Shown here piece after piece: positions 17,337 through 25,266 of a stretch of 30,661 nucleotides of DNA. Origin of the DNA: a virus (Duplodnaviria > Caudoviricetes). Each line of letters opens with the position of its first letter. Position 1 is the first letter of the stretch. A program made the position numbers and the translations under genes. Location of the stretch: positions 1 to 30,661 of the IMG/VR virus record IMGVR_UViG_3300032295_003276; one strand, given 5' to 3'. The notes beneath the pieces are model-generated. The model did no database searches, was not told where the DNA came from, and saw only the letters and a list, made by a program, of their open reading frames with translations.

Positions 17337-17512
17337 GGTGCAGCGTCCCTCTCGCGCATCCAGCGCAGGCATTCGGCCGCATCGTAAACGCGCCGGCCGC
17401 GCACCAGGATGCTGGGCATGCCGTCGATGACCAGGCGGGCGACGGTGCGCTCGCTGCAGCGCAGCAGGGCGGCCAGTTCGGCGCCGGTGTGTAGGCGGTC
17501 AGGGGTGTGCAT
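17210..17512 (-). CDS. xis: Excisionase-like HTH protein
   Basis: T.AELAALLRCSERTVARL...GMP...RGRRVYD; upstream of and overlapping int by 127 nt. Confidence 0.75.
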   Translation of the reverse strand: MHTPDRLHTGAELAALLRCSERTVARLVIDGMPSILVRGRRVYDAAECLRWMRERDAAPCPSDKTPKAAGTSRSASVVDAFTDACRRAQLRVMPSSPKLS

Positions 17513-17516
17513 GGGC

Positions 17517-18098
17517 TTATGCGGGCAGGCGCTTGAACTGGACGACCCAGACCCAGGGGTTGGCGGCCCAGGAGTTGAGATAGACCCCCCACGGGTTCCC
17601 TTCGGCAATGAAATCTGCCTCGCTGATTTCCTGCAGCCGCTCCACGCGCACGCCGGTCACCTCCAGCGTGATGCGGCTGGCCCAGCGGGGCATGTGCACC
17701 GACGGGCGCCAGCAAAACCCTCCGTTGCTGCGGTCCCACCCTGCGCGATAGATTGCCGCGTCGTGGTCATCGTCTGGCCGCAGCACCTGCTGCACGCCTT
17801 TGCTGCAGCGGTATGCCGTGCGGGGAACAATGGCGAAGGTCTCCCGCACCCACAGCCGGTCGCCGGGCTGGCCATAGGGGCAGAGCCTCGCGTCGTCGGG
17901 GTTCGCAGCGGCGTCGCACCACCACACGCCAGAGTGGCCGCCAACGACCCACCCGCCAATCGGGTCAGTCGCAGGCATCTCGGCAGGCACTGCATCGGCC
18001 GCAAACTGCGGCTTCATCACCCGCCGCGTCTGCGTCTTCGCGCCAGCCAGGATCGCGCGCACCATCGGCGCGCTGAAGATGATCGGCCGCTCTTTCAT
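17517..18098 (-). CDS. ASCH/PUA-like phage protein
   Basis: MKERPIIFSAPMVRAIL.G.KTQTRR, CPYGQPGDRLWVRET, WRPSVHMPRWASRI.LE and NPWVWV motifs. Confidence 0.85.
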   Translation of the reverse strand: MKERPIIFSAPMVRAILAGAKTQTRRVMKPQFAADAVPAEMPATDPIGGWVVGGHSGVWWCDAAANPDDARLCPYGQPGDRLWVRETFAIVPRTAYRCSKGVQQVLRPDDDHDAAIYRAGWDRSNGGFCWRPSVHMPRWASRITLEVTGVRVERLQEISEADFIAEGNPWGVYLNSWAANPWVWVVQFKRLPA

Positions 18099-18099
18099 G

Positions 18100-18348
18100 T
18101 CATACGCTCCTCGGGTCATCTGAATCGTCTTCCTCGACGATGGTCTGCAGCACCTGCCGCACAGTCACCAGCTCCGCGCGCAGGGTCACCAGCTCGGCCA
18201 GCATCTGGCCGTAGTGCGTCAGCAGCTCGAGCCGCGCGCGCTCGGATTCGTCCAGCAGCGCGGCGGCTCGGATCAGCATCACGCAGTCGCGCTGCGTCAG
18301 CTTCTGGCCGCGGCGGAAGGCCAGGGTGCGCAGGCGGGCAGCGCTCAT
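18100..18348 (-). CDS. Hypothetical protein
   Basis: 82 aa, tightly packed in the leftward operon. Confidence 0.65.
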   Translation of the reverse strand: MSAARLRTLAFRRGQKLTQRDCVMLIRAAALLDESERARLELLTHYGQMLAELVTLRAELVTVRQVLQTIVEEDDSDDPRSV

Positions 18349-18611
18349 TTGCCGAACACGCTTTCCAGCCAGCCCGCGTATTCCCGCATGCTGGTCGACA
18401 AGATGACGCGGCTATCGTCGGCGCCACGCACGCTGCCGTCGTTGCACTCAAGGCAGGCCATGCTGAACTCAGCCACCGCATCGGCCGCCGCCTGCAGCTT
18501 CTCAGCCGCGCGCAGCGCTGCCTTGCGCCGTGCGGCCTCGGCCCGGGCCTGGGTCTTGCGGTCGCGGTCGCTGAGCCAGTCTTCGCCGGTCATGGTGAGT
18601 TGGTGGGTCAT
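18345..18611 (-). CDS. Hypothetical protein
   Basis: 88 aa from MTHQLTM; ATGA overlap with the downstream gene. Confidence 0.65.
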   Translation of the reverse strand: MTHQLTMTGEDWLSDRDRKTQARAEAARRKAALRAAEKLQAAADAVAEFSMACLECNDGSVRGADDSRVILSTSMREYAGWLESVFGK

Positions 18612-18613
18612 GA

Positions 18614-18910
18614 TCAAGGCTTCTTCGGTGGTGGCAACGGAGCACTTTTGACGACGGGCGACGCTGGAAGCGGCATCCAATGAGTGACCCTGGAGATGAC
18701 TGGAAACCACCTGTTGGTCTGTTCGCAGTCCCACTTTGGGCCATCTGCAGTCAGACGACATCTGGAAATAATGGCCTCACTTTGTCTGCGATATACGTGC
18801 AGCAGCGTTCGTTCACACCAAACCAATACTCGCTGACCTGAGCGAGGCAACATTTCGTTGCAATGAATCCAGTTGCATGACAACTGGTTTTCAATATCTA
18901 CAGCAGCCAT
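18614..18910 (-). CDS. DUF551-like protein
   Basis: WIHCNEMLP...VLVW...VTHWMPLP.SP motif; low-GC segment. Confidence 0.75.
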   Translation of the reverse strand: MAAVDIENQLSCNWIHCNEMLPRSGQRVLVWCERTLLHVYRRQSEAIISRCRLTADGPKWDCEQTNRWFPVISRVTHWMPLPASPVVKSAPLPPPKKP

Positions 18911-18911
18911 A

Positions 18912-19622
18912 TCAATCCCCCGCTTTGGCCAACGCCGCGCGATCGCGCCACGCCGCCCACAGTTGCCGTGTTCTCATGGCGTGCGGATCAATGTTTCCGT
19001 CTTGTTCATAGTCGCTGAGATACTGCGTGCCGCTCCACCTGGCGCAAAGCGCCCAACAGTGGCCGCGCATCCAGGCTTCAAAAGCAAGACGTTCAGCGTC
19101 ACTGGCAGGCCCGCCTTTGGCGCCCATTTCGTAGGCAGCTTCAACCGTTGGGGCTCTCGCCGGCTGCTGCGCCTGCTGCGCCAACGCCGCCTCAGCCGCC
19201 GCCTGAGCCACCGCCCGCACCCGCGCCGGCAGATCATCCGGCCCGCCGCCCAGCACGCCGGTCACGTGTGCCGGGTTGGCAGACCAGCCCATCAGCTCGG
19301 CGATGCGCTGGTCGCTGATCACTTCTCCACCACCCCATGCCAGATGGTCGTGGATCTGCCGCGGGTCTTCGCGCGTCAGGTTGCCTTCGGGCGTGGAGAA
19401 CATGATCGACGAGCCGCGCTCCTCCTCCGGCAGCTTGAGCTTGATGTCATCAAACACCTCGATCTGCCCGCCCTTGCCGGGCTTGAGCTGCAGATCCAGC
19501 GTCAGCCGGCCAGCGCGGCCGGTTTCGCCGCACTTGAGCGTCAGCTCGTGCAGGGCCTTGGTGAGGTCGTCGCTCAACGTGCCGAAGCGCAGTTGGTTGA
19601 GCGTGTCGGTGAATGGCCGCAT
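18912..19622 (-). CDS. Chimeric hypothetical protein with an N-terminal domain like the small partner of DUF2303/YfdQ
   Basis: RPF.DTL..LR.G...G.LTL.L..KP...F.T.EGNL.R.DPRQ followed by unrelated segments. Confidence 0.6.
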   Translation of the reverse strand: MRPFTDTLNQLRFGTLSDDLTKALHELTLKCGETGRAGRLTLDLQLKPGKGGQIEVFDDIKLKLPEEERGSSIMFSTPEGNLTREDPRQIHDHLAWGGGEVISDQRIAELMGWSANPAHVTGVLGGGPDDLPARVRAVAQAAAEAALAQQAQQPARAPTVEAAYEMGAKGGPASDAERLAFEAWMRGHCWALCARWSGTQYLSDYEQDGNIDPHAMRTRQLWAAWRDRAALAKAGD

Positions 19623-19690
19623 GGTGGGGCCTCCTTCTGGTGGTGTGCGGCGCCATGCCCGGGCGCTGCGGTCGGGGTGTTGGTGGTGGC

Positions 19691-20257
19691 TCAGGGGCGC
19701 CAGTTGAAGACACTGGCCCCGGGCAGCGCGGCCGAGTGCGTGAGCCCCTTGCGCACCTGGTAGATGACGAACTTGCTGACGCCCAGCCGGTCGGCCAGGG
19801 CTTGCCAGGGTTCGTCGGTGCTGTTCAGGATGTCCTGCCGCATCTCAGGCGTGACCTTGCGGCCCCGGGTGTCCCAGCCGCGCCGGCTGGCCGCGCGCTT
19901 GCCCAGCAAGTTCTTGACCTTGCCGCTCTTGGTCAGCCATTGGCCGTGTTCCTTGCGGTTGCCGCTGCGGCTGTGCTCAGGGTTGACGCAGTCGTCGGCC
20001 TGGCAGCAATGCCGCGCATAGGCGGTGTGGCCGCGCGGAAGACCGCGCCCGGTGGCCAGCAGCAGCGCGGCGCGCCGGCCGCGCATGGTGACCTTGCGGC
20101 CGTCTTGCGGGTGCTGCAGATGCACACGCGGCGCTCCTTGCGTGATGGCCATGCGCCAGTGCCAGCAGCCGCTTTCCGCGTCGATGACGCAGCGCTGGCG
20201 CAGGTCGTCCAGCGTGCGGATGCCGCCCAGGTAGGTGCCGGGTGCGTGGGGCATCAT
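19691..20257 (-). CDS. HNH-endonuclease-like protein with a C-terminal HTH, possibly degenerate
   Basis: GCWHW, HCC...CVNPEH and LADRLGVSK.VI motifs. Confidence 0.75.
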   Translation of the reverse strand: MMPHAPGTYLGGIRTLDDLRQRCVIDAESGCWHWRMAITQGAPRVHLQHPQDGRKVTMRGRRAALLLATGRGLPRGHTAYARHCCQADDCVNPEHSRSGNRKEHGQWLTKSGKVKNLLGKRAASRRGWDTRGRKVTPEMRQDILNSTDEPWQALADRLGVSKFVIYQVRKGLTHSAALPGASVFNWRP

Positions 20258-20712
20258 GCGCCCCCTTCGGCGGGCAGCTCGCCCAGGGGGCGAATGTCCC
20301 AGTGGCCGAGCTTGCGCATCTGCGCGATCAGGCCGGCGTCGTCGGTCAGGCGCCAGGCTGCGTGCTCGATGCCGATGGTGCGGAAGCGCCAGGCCACCGG
20401 CGCCTGCTCCTGCTGCACCACCACAGGGTCATAGACCAACGCGCCACACCGGCCACACACGCCCGGCTCCTGCTCCTGCTGCTGCTCATAGTGCGCCAGC
20501 TCTGCGCGGAGGGCGATGATGGCTTTCGCTTGCGCCGGAGTACGCCAACCCGGCAATTCGCCTTCCATCGCCCCCAGCGCCTGCCGCGCAGCGCCCACCA
20601 ATCCGAGCTTCTGCTCGGGATGGTTCTGGGCAGCAAACCCCCGCTCCAACTGCTGCAGCGCCTGCCGCAACACCCGGCCCGACCCGGGCGGCATCACCTC
20701 AAAGTCGCTCAT
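20254..20712 (-). CDS. Hypothetical protein
   Basis: 152 aa from MSDFEV; CGRCG and QAPVAWR motifs. Confidence 0.65.
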   Translation of the reverse strand: MSDFEVMPPGSGRVLRQALQQLERGFAAQNHPEQKLGLVGAARQALGAMEGELPGWRTPAQAKAIIALRAELAHYEQQQEQEPGVCGRCGALVYDPVVVQQEQAPVAWRFRTIGIEHAAWRLTDDAGLIAQMRKLGHWDIRPLGELPAEGGA

Positions 20713-20714
20713 GC

Positions 20715-20801
20715 TCACCCCCCCAGCGGCGCAAACAGCGCAGTCGTCAGCACAATGACGATGCAGATGCTCCAAAACAGATCCAGGTCGATGCGGCTCA
20801 T
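20715..20801 (-). CDS. 28-aa single-pass membrane peptide (absent from the ORF track)
   Basis: MSRIDLDLFWSICIVIVLTTALFAPLGG*; ATGA-coupled to the upstream gene; stops 2 nt before the next ATG. Confidence 0.6.
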   Translation of the reverse strand: MSRIDLDLFWSICIVIVLTTALFAPLGG

Positions 20802-21106
20802 GCTGTGCCCTCCGCTTTGGCGATGGCGGCGCGGGCACTGACGAGCGCCGCGTCGTAAGACTGACTGTCATCTGCCGCGAAGAGCAGCGTCTTCAACGCG
20901 TCCAGCAAGTCTGGCGCGGCGGCGATCAGGCGGCGATCCGCGTCGAGCTCGGCCAGCGTGTCCGCGTTCGAGCGTCCCAGGAAGCCAAAGCCGCCATCTG
21001 CGGTCAGGATCGACGACACGGCCATGTGTTGCGGGTCTGGGTTTACCGGACACAGGTCATTGCTGTCGTGAGGCCAGTGCCACGGGCCCGGCGTGTGCTT
21101 GCTCAT
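20798..21106 (-). CDS. Phage hypothetical protein (HTPGPW...LIAAAPDLL family)
   Basis: MSKHTPGPW, RLIAAAPDLLDAL and ARAAIAKAEG motifs. Confidence 0.8.
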   Translation of the reverse strand: MSKHTPGPWHWPHDSNDLCPVNPDPQHMAVSSILTADGGFGFLGRSNADTLAELDADRRLIAAAPDLLDALKTLLFAADDSQSYDAALVSARAAIAKAEGTA

Positions 21107-21714
21107 GCCTGGGCCTCCTGTTCACGCGGCACGCAGCCATCGCGCAGGGCGCGCAGTAGGGCGGCGCAGTGGGCGGCCTGGTGCATGGCGTCGCGCAGCG
21201 CGTTGTGCTTGTCGGCCTCGTCGCGCTCGGGCGCGGGCACGTGGGGCAGCAGCTTGCGCAGGGTGCGCAGGTCGCGCTGCTGCCAGTAGGCCCAGCCCGG
21301 GGCCAGCTTGTGGCGCGCCAGGGCGCTGCGCAGAATGACCAGATCGAAGTCGATGCCGTTGGCCCAGATCGGGGCACCAGCCAGATCGGGCGCTTGCAGG
21401 CGCCAGTTCAACTGCACCAGCGCGTGTTCTTCGGGCTGCCCACCGTGGCCGTCTTGCCGAGCCTGCAGGCCACGCAATCCGCGGCGCGCGTGCTCGGGCT
21501 GGGTGAGCCACCAAGCGACCGTCTCGCCGTCCACCGTGGCGCCCTGGCGGATGGAATCGGCCAGGTCGATGTGCCAGTGGTAGTGCTCGTAGGGCAACAC
21601 GCCATCGGCTTCGCTGAAGCGCACCAAGCCGATGCTGAGCATCGCGGCGCTGGGGCCGACGCCCATGGTTTCGATGTCCAGCATGAGCTGGATGGCGCTC
21701 TCGTTCACGGTCAC
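21103..21714 (-). CDS. DEDDh 3'-5' exonuclease (exonuclease VIII N-domain/Rv2179c-like)
   Basis: MLDIETMG, WANG.DFD, RDLRT and HNAL.DA.HQA motifs. Confidence 0.88.
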   Translation of the reverse strand: MTVNESAIQLMLDIETMGVGPSAAMLSIGLVRFSEADGVLPYEHYHWHIDLADSIRQGATVDGETVAWWLTQPEHARRGLRGLQARQDGHGGQPEEHALVQLNWRLQAPDLAGAPIWANGIDFDLVILRSALARHKLAPGWAYWQQRDLRTLRKLLPHVPAPERDEADKHNALRDAMHQAAHCAALLRALRDGCVPREQEAQA

Positions 21715-22211
21715 GTTCTCAACTCCTTCGGTGGCTCAACCACCATCACCGCGGGCCCCATGCCCCCGGCCAGCGCCGCCTTGGTGCGGCGCTCCACCAG
21801 TTCCTCGGCCGCGAATCGCTCGCTGTGCGTGATGCCGTCCAGCAGATCCACCCAGGCGGCCTGCAGCTCGCGCAGCGCGGCCAGTTCGCCGGCCCGGGCG
21901 GCGCGGGTGCCTGTGGTGCGCTGGCGCTCGAGGATGGCCACGCAGGCGTCCTGCGCGGCGCGCACGGTGCCCTGCGGGTCGCGCGCCACGCGCTGCAACA
22001 CCAGGGCTTCGGCCAGGTTGATCGTGTTGAAGATCTCGGTCCACGCCTGCTCGCCGGCCTGGCCGCGGCGCACGTCGTCCAGCGCCAGCAGCAGCTGCAG
22101 GGCCCAGCGCTCGCGGTCTGCCAAGCTCAGCAGCGCGGCGCCTTGCATGGCCATCACGTGCGCCTGCGGGTTGATGCCGCGGGGGCGGTAACGGCTGCGT
22201 TTGCGGCTCAT
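21711..22211 (-). CDS. Hypothetical protein
   Basis: 166 aa from MSRKRSRYRPR; 4-nt overlaps on both sides. Confidence 0.7.
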   Translation of the reverse strand: MSRKRSRYRPRGINPQAHVMAMQGAALLSLADRERWALQLLLALDDVRRGQAGEQAWTEIFNTINLAEALVLQRVARDPQGTVRAAQDACVAILERQRTTGTRAARAGELAALRELQAAWVDLLDGITHSERFAAEELVERRTKAALAGGMGPAVMVVEPPKELRT

Positions 22212-22624
22212 CGCGCGGCCTTTCGCGCAAGCTGGGCCAACACCACGCGCTGGGCAAAGTCCCACACGCTGGAAGCCGGGCGGATGGCGGCAGGCTGCAC
22301 CGGTGCGGGCTTGTCAGCGGCGGGCGCAGGCTTGGCCTTGCGCGGCACCGGCAGCAGGGCCGGCTTGACCTTGGGCACGTGGGCCCACAGGTAGTAGCGC
22401 GTGTTGATGCCGCGCTGCGGGATCGAGCCCACCAGCTGCAGCCGGCGCAGCACGCGCATGTCGTTGCTGACGTTGCTGCGCGCAATGCCGCCCAGGCGCG
22501 CCGACAGCGCACCCAGCGCCACTGGCTCCATCTCACCCACCAGCGCAAGCAGCGTCAGCTGCCGGGTGGAAAGCGGCGGCAGCGGGCACCCCGGCCGCCA
22601 ATGCTTGGCCTTGGCCGGCGTCAC
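22208..22624 (-). CDS. Winged-helix DNA-binding protein
   Basis: LSTRQLTLLALV...LGALSARLG.IARSNVS...RVLRRLQLV; GTGA-coupled start. Confidence 0.6.
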   Translation of the reverse strand: MTPAKAKHWRPGCPLPPLSTRQLTLLALVGEMEPVALGALSARLGGIARSNVSNDMRVLRRLQLVGSIPQRGINTRYYLWAHVPKVKPALLPVPRKAKPAPAADKPAPVQPAAIRPASSVWDFAQRVVLAQLARKAAR

Positions 22625-22836
22625 CACAGCGCGTCCTCCAGCTCGGCCGCCGGCACGTGCCCGCGCAGGTAGCGACTGGGCAGGCGCGTGCACTGCCGGC
22701 GCTGGGCGATCACGGGCGGGGCTGGGAAGGGCCAGTCCGCCACGATCGGCGCCACGCGCAGCAGGCCGCCCTGGCTGCCTTGCAGCTCCAGGGCTTCGCG
22801 GCCATCGGGCAGCAGCCAGCGGTCGCCAGCGCTCAC
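22621..22836 (-). CDS. Hypothetical protein
   Basis: 71 aa, coupled to both neighbours. Confidence 0.6.
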   Translation of the reverse strand: MSAGDRWLLPDGREALELQGSQGGLLRVAPIVADWPFPAPPVIAQRRQCTRLPSRYLRGHVPAAELEDALW

Positions 22837-23477
22837 GCCGCCGCCCCCTCACCCTGCCGCGCCTGCTCATACGCCCCGGCGCGCAGTTCCTGGTAGCGCT
22901 CCAGCCACGCCGCCGCCCAGTCGTCGTGCGTCATGCCGCCGCCGTCGCGCAGGTGCAGCCAGTCGGCGGGCTGGATGCCGGCCAGCACTTCCCAGGGCAG
23001 GCCGCCGGGGTGCATCAGGTCGCGGCGCTCGGTGGCCAGGGCCACCAGGTCGCAGTGGCGGATGAGCTCGCGGGCCGCGTGGTGCGCTTCCAGCAGGCCC
23101 CATTCGGCCAGCAGCATGCTCTGCACCGTGTCTTCCACCGCGTGCCAGTGGTCGGCGTCCAGGGCCTGCACCGCGCGCAGCGCCAGCAGCTGCTTGACGG
23201 GCGACGTCATGTCGCCGATCAGGCACTCGTGCGCGTCGTGGCACAGGGCGGCCAGCAGCGTCTCGCAGTGGGTGACGCCCAGGTCGCGCTCGAGGATCTG
23301 GCACACGTGCAGGCTGTGCTCGGCCACCGAGTACAGGCGCGTGGTGTGCCCGTTGTAGCGGTTGATCTTGGCCAGCGCCTGCGCCGCCTCGCTGTGGGTC
23401 AGACCGGTCTTGCCGCGGCCGTTGGTGATTGCGCGCAGGTCGACCACGCGGCCGTGAATGGTGAGGATCCAGGTCAT
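22833..23477 (-). CDS. HD-domain phosphohydrolase (YfbR/YfdR-like 5'-deoxynucleotidase)
   Basis: ALAKINRYNGHT, YSVAEHS, HDAHE..IGD..SPVK and D..ALATERRDL motifs. Confidence 0.88.
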   Translation of the reverse strand: MTWILTIHGRVVDLRAITNGRGKTGLTHSEAAQALAKINRYNGHTTRLYSVAEHSLHVCQILERDLGVTHCETLLAALCHDAHECLIGDMTSPVKQLLALRAVQALDADHWHAVEDTVQSMLLAEWGLLEAHHAARELIRHCDLVALATERRDLMHPGGLPWEVLAGIQPADWLHLRDGGGMTHDDWAAAWLERYQELRAGAYEQARQGEGAAA

Positions 23478-23971
23478 AGCGCTGCCCCCATCAGCGGGCG
23501 CGGCACGGGCGCGGGTTGCGGCTGCGGCTGCAGCACGCAGCCCATCAGCCGCGCGGCATCCAGCCACAAGTCCAGGCTTGCCACGCTGAACCGCTTGACG
23601 CTGCGGCCGTGCAGGCGCACCAAGCCGTGCCGTTGGTGGGCGTGCACCAACAGGCGCTGCTTGGCCGCCTCGGCGTCGGCTGAGGCCTGCTCGGCGGTGG
23701 CAGCGGTCTGCAGCCAGATGAGGGCGTGCAGCAGCACGCCGCTGCGGCGGTATTCGGTCGGCGCGGTTTGTTGCGGCTGCGGCTGCTTCAGCACCACGCG
23801 CAGCACGGGCAGCGCCGCGCCGCCGTTGCCGTCCGGCCTGACGCTGGGGTACACCGCCACCACAGAGCCGGCGGCTTGCACCTCACCAGGCAGCGGCTGG
23901 GTGATCCAGTCGGGCAGGTGTTGCGCGGGCTGCACATCTGCCGGACGCTGCGCGACAAGCACCGCGCTCAT
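23474..23971 (-). CDS. Hypothetical protein
   Basis: 165 aa, ATGA overlaps on both sides. Confidence 0.65.
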   Translation of the reverse strand: MSAVLVAQRPADVQPAQHLPDWITQPLPGEVQAAGSVVAVYPSVRPDGNGGAALPVLRVVLKQPQPQQTAPTEYRRSGVLLHALIWLQTAATAEQASADAEAAKQRLLVHAHQRHGLVRLHGRSVKRFSVASLDLWLDAARLMGCVLQPQPQPAPVPRPLMGAAL

Positions 23972-24336
23972 CGCCCGGCCTCCACCTGGGCCAGCTGCAC
24001 GCGCAGCTCGCTGACGTAGCCGCGGTGCGCGGCGATCAGCAGCGGAATGTCCCGCGCTTCATCCTGCAGCCACCCGATGTCGCGCTCGGCGCCGGCGATC
24101 AGGTGGCGCAGGTAGGCGGCGCGCAGCGCAATCCGCAGGCGCAGCCACCAGGGCCGGGGCACGCCCAGCGCGGCCACCGCCGCCGCGTGCGGGCCGATCA
24201 GGCCCTCGAGCTCCACCCAGTGCACCAGCGCCACCGCGCCGATGACCGCCAAGATCAAGCAAAAGACGAACTCATACGCCGCGGCGGCGCGGCGCTCGGC
24301 CCGGGTGGGCGCGTGGGGGACGACAGGCACCGACAT
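23968..24336 (-). CDS. Membrane protein, first gene of the leftward (PL) operon
   Basis: TM segment FVFCLILAVIGAVALV; GGGAG RBS. Confidence 0.7.
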   Translation of the reverse strand: MSVPVVPHAPTRAERRAAAAYEFVFCLILAVIGAVALVHWVELEGLIGPHAAAVAALGVPRPWWLRLRIALRAAYLRHLIAGAERDIGWLQDEARDIPLLIAAHRGYVSELRVQLAQVEAGR

Positions 24337-24383
24337 CGCATCTCCCGCCCCCGGCGTAAGCCGTTGTCGTGGGGCTGGGTGCG

Positions 24384-24427
24384 ATTCTTAGCCTTGGGCT
24401 AACTCATGTCAATAGCCTTTGGCGAAT
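24384..24427 (-). promoter_or_regulatory. PL promoter with two operators
   Basis: Minus strand TTGACA-N16-TAAGAAT; perfect palindrome TTAGCC-N3-GGCTAA at 24388-24402; ATAGCC-N3-GGCGAA at 24412-24426. Confidence 0.85.
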
Positions 24428-24460
24428 GCCCTGGGATTTTTGTCGCTGAGTCTGCTCAAG

Positions 24461-24733
24461 CTACTGCGGTATCAGCGTGATGCCGCAGTGCTTGCACCGC
24501 TTGGCGTCGCGCAGCACCAGCTCGCGGCAATCGGGGCAACGCACGTGCGTGTCTGGGGTGGCACGTTGTGACTGCGGGTCATTGAGGCGCGGCAGTGCCA
24601 ACAGCAACAGGCCAGTGAGCAGCGGGCTGATGAACACCGTCAGCAGGAACCAACCAAAGCCAGAGCGCCCCCGATGGGAAGCGGCTACGCCGATGACCAC
24701 TGCCAGGCCAAGCCAGAGCACAGCAATTTCCAT
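24461..24733 (-). CDS. Two-TM membrane protein with a C-terminal zinc ribbon, downstream of the repressor
   Basis: Hydrophobic N-half with RGRSGFGWF; CPDC...CKHC. Confidence 0.8.
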   Translation of the reverse strand: MEIAVLWLGLAVVIGVAASHRGRSGFGWFLLTVFISPLLTGLLLLALPRLNDPQSQRATPDTHVRCPDCRELVLRDAKRCKHCGITLIPQ

Positions 24734-24787
24734 GGATTTCCCCTTGCGGCAACCATCGCCGCGGCCGCGATTGTGCGACCAGGCCGA

Positions 24788-25186
24788 TCAGGTGCCCGTG
24801 CGGACTACGGTGGCCGTCGGCGATTGAGCAAGCGCATCAAGGAGCCGCAGGGCCGTGGGCCATTGATCGGGCGCCATCTGCTCCATCAGCAGCAGGGCCT
24901 TGGTGCGCGGATCTTCCTCACCGTGCAGCTCTGCAAACGTGGGCGGGGTGTCCATCCAGCCGCGTGGCAGCTGCAGCGTCGCCTCGATCTCGCGCGCCAT
25001 CTCGTCGCCCATCTGGTAGGGCTTGTCGCGGCCAGAGCGCATGTTCTGGTTGCGGATCTGCAGCAGCTTCGGGTCTGTGCGTGGCCAGCCCAGCGCCTCG
25101 TTCAGCGCCGCAACGGTGCCGTAACGCTGGATCAGCATCTTCAGGCGGGCCAGCCGCGTTTCGTGAATGGTCAGCACAAGCAGCAT
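24788..25186 (-). CDS. CI-like repressor without a peptidase S24 domain
   Basis: R..RL..LI...MGD..AR.IE..L.LP.GWMD repressor N-domain pattern; divergent from cro; GGAGG RBS. Confidence 0.8.
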   Translation of the reverse strand: MLLVLTIHETRLARLKMLIQRYGTVAALNEALGWPRTDPKLLQIRNQNMRSGRDKPYQMGDEMAREIEATLQLPRGWMDTPPTFAELHGEEDPRTKALLLMEQMAPDQWPTALRLLDALAQSPTATVVRTGT

Positions 25187-25212
25187 TCCAAAGCCTCCGG
25201 CGATCTATGCAA

Positions 25213-25257
25213 ATTCGCGCCCGGCTATTGACAGCGCATAATCCAATGGCTAAGAAT
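25213..25257 (+). promoter_or_regulatory. PR promoter with two operators
   Basis: TTGACA (25228-33)-N17-TAAGAAT; operators TTCGCG-N3-GGCTAT (25214-28) and TAATCC-N3-GGCTAA (25239-53). Confidence 0.85.
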
Positions 25258-25266
25258 GCGCGACGT

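Noticed and set aside
22833-23477. DatZ of a Z-genome (2-aminoadenine) pathway
   Set aside because: No purZ, mazZ or dedicated polymerase in the window; this HD family is common in ordinary temperate phages
1228-24014. Many long opposite-strand or alternate-frame ORFs (e.g. 1228-2610, 4865-6409, 5509-7449, 14228-15778, 22401-24014)
   Set aside because: Shadow ORFs expected at high GC; they overlap well-supported genes and are low-complexity Arg/Ala/Gly with no motifs
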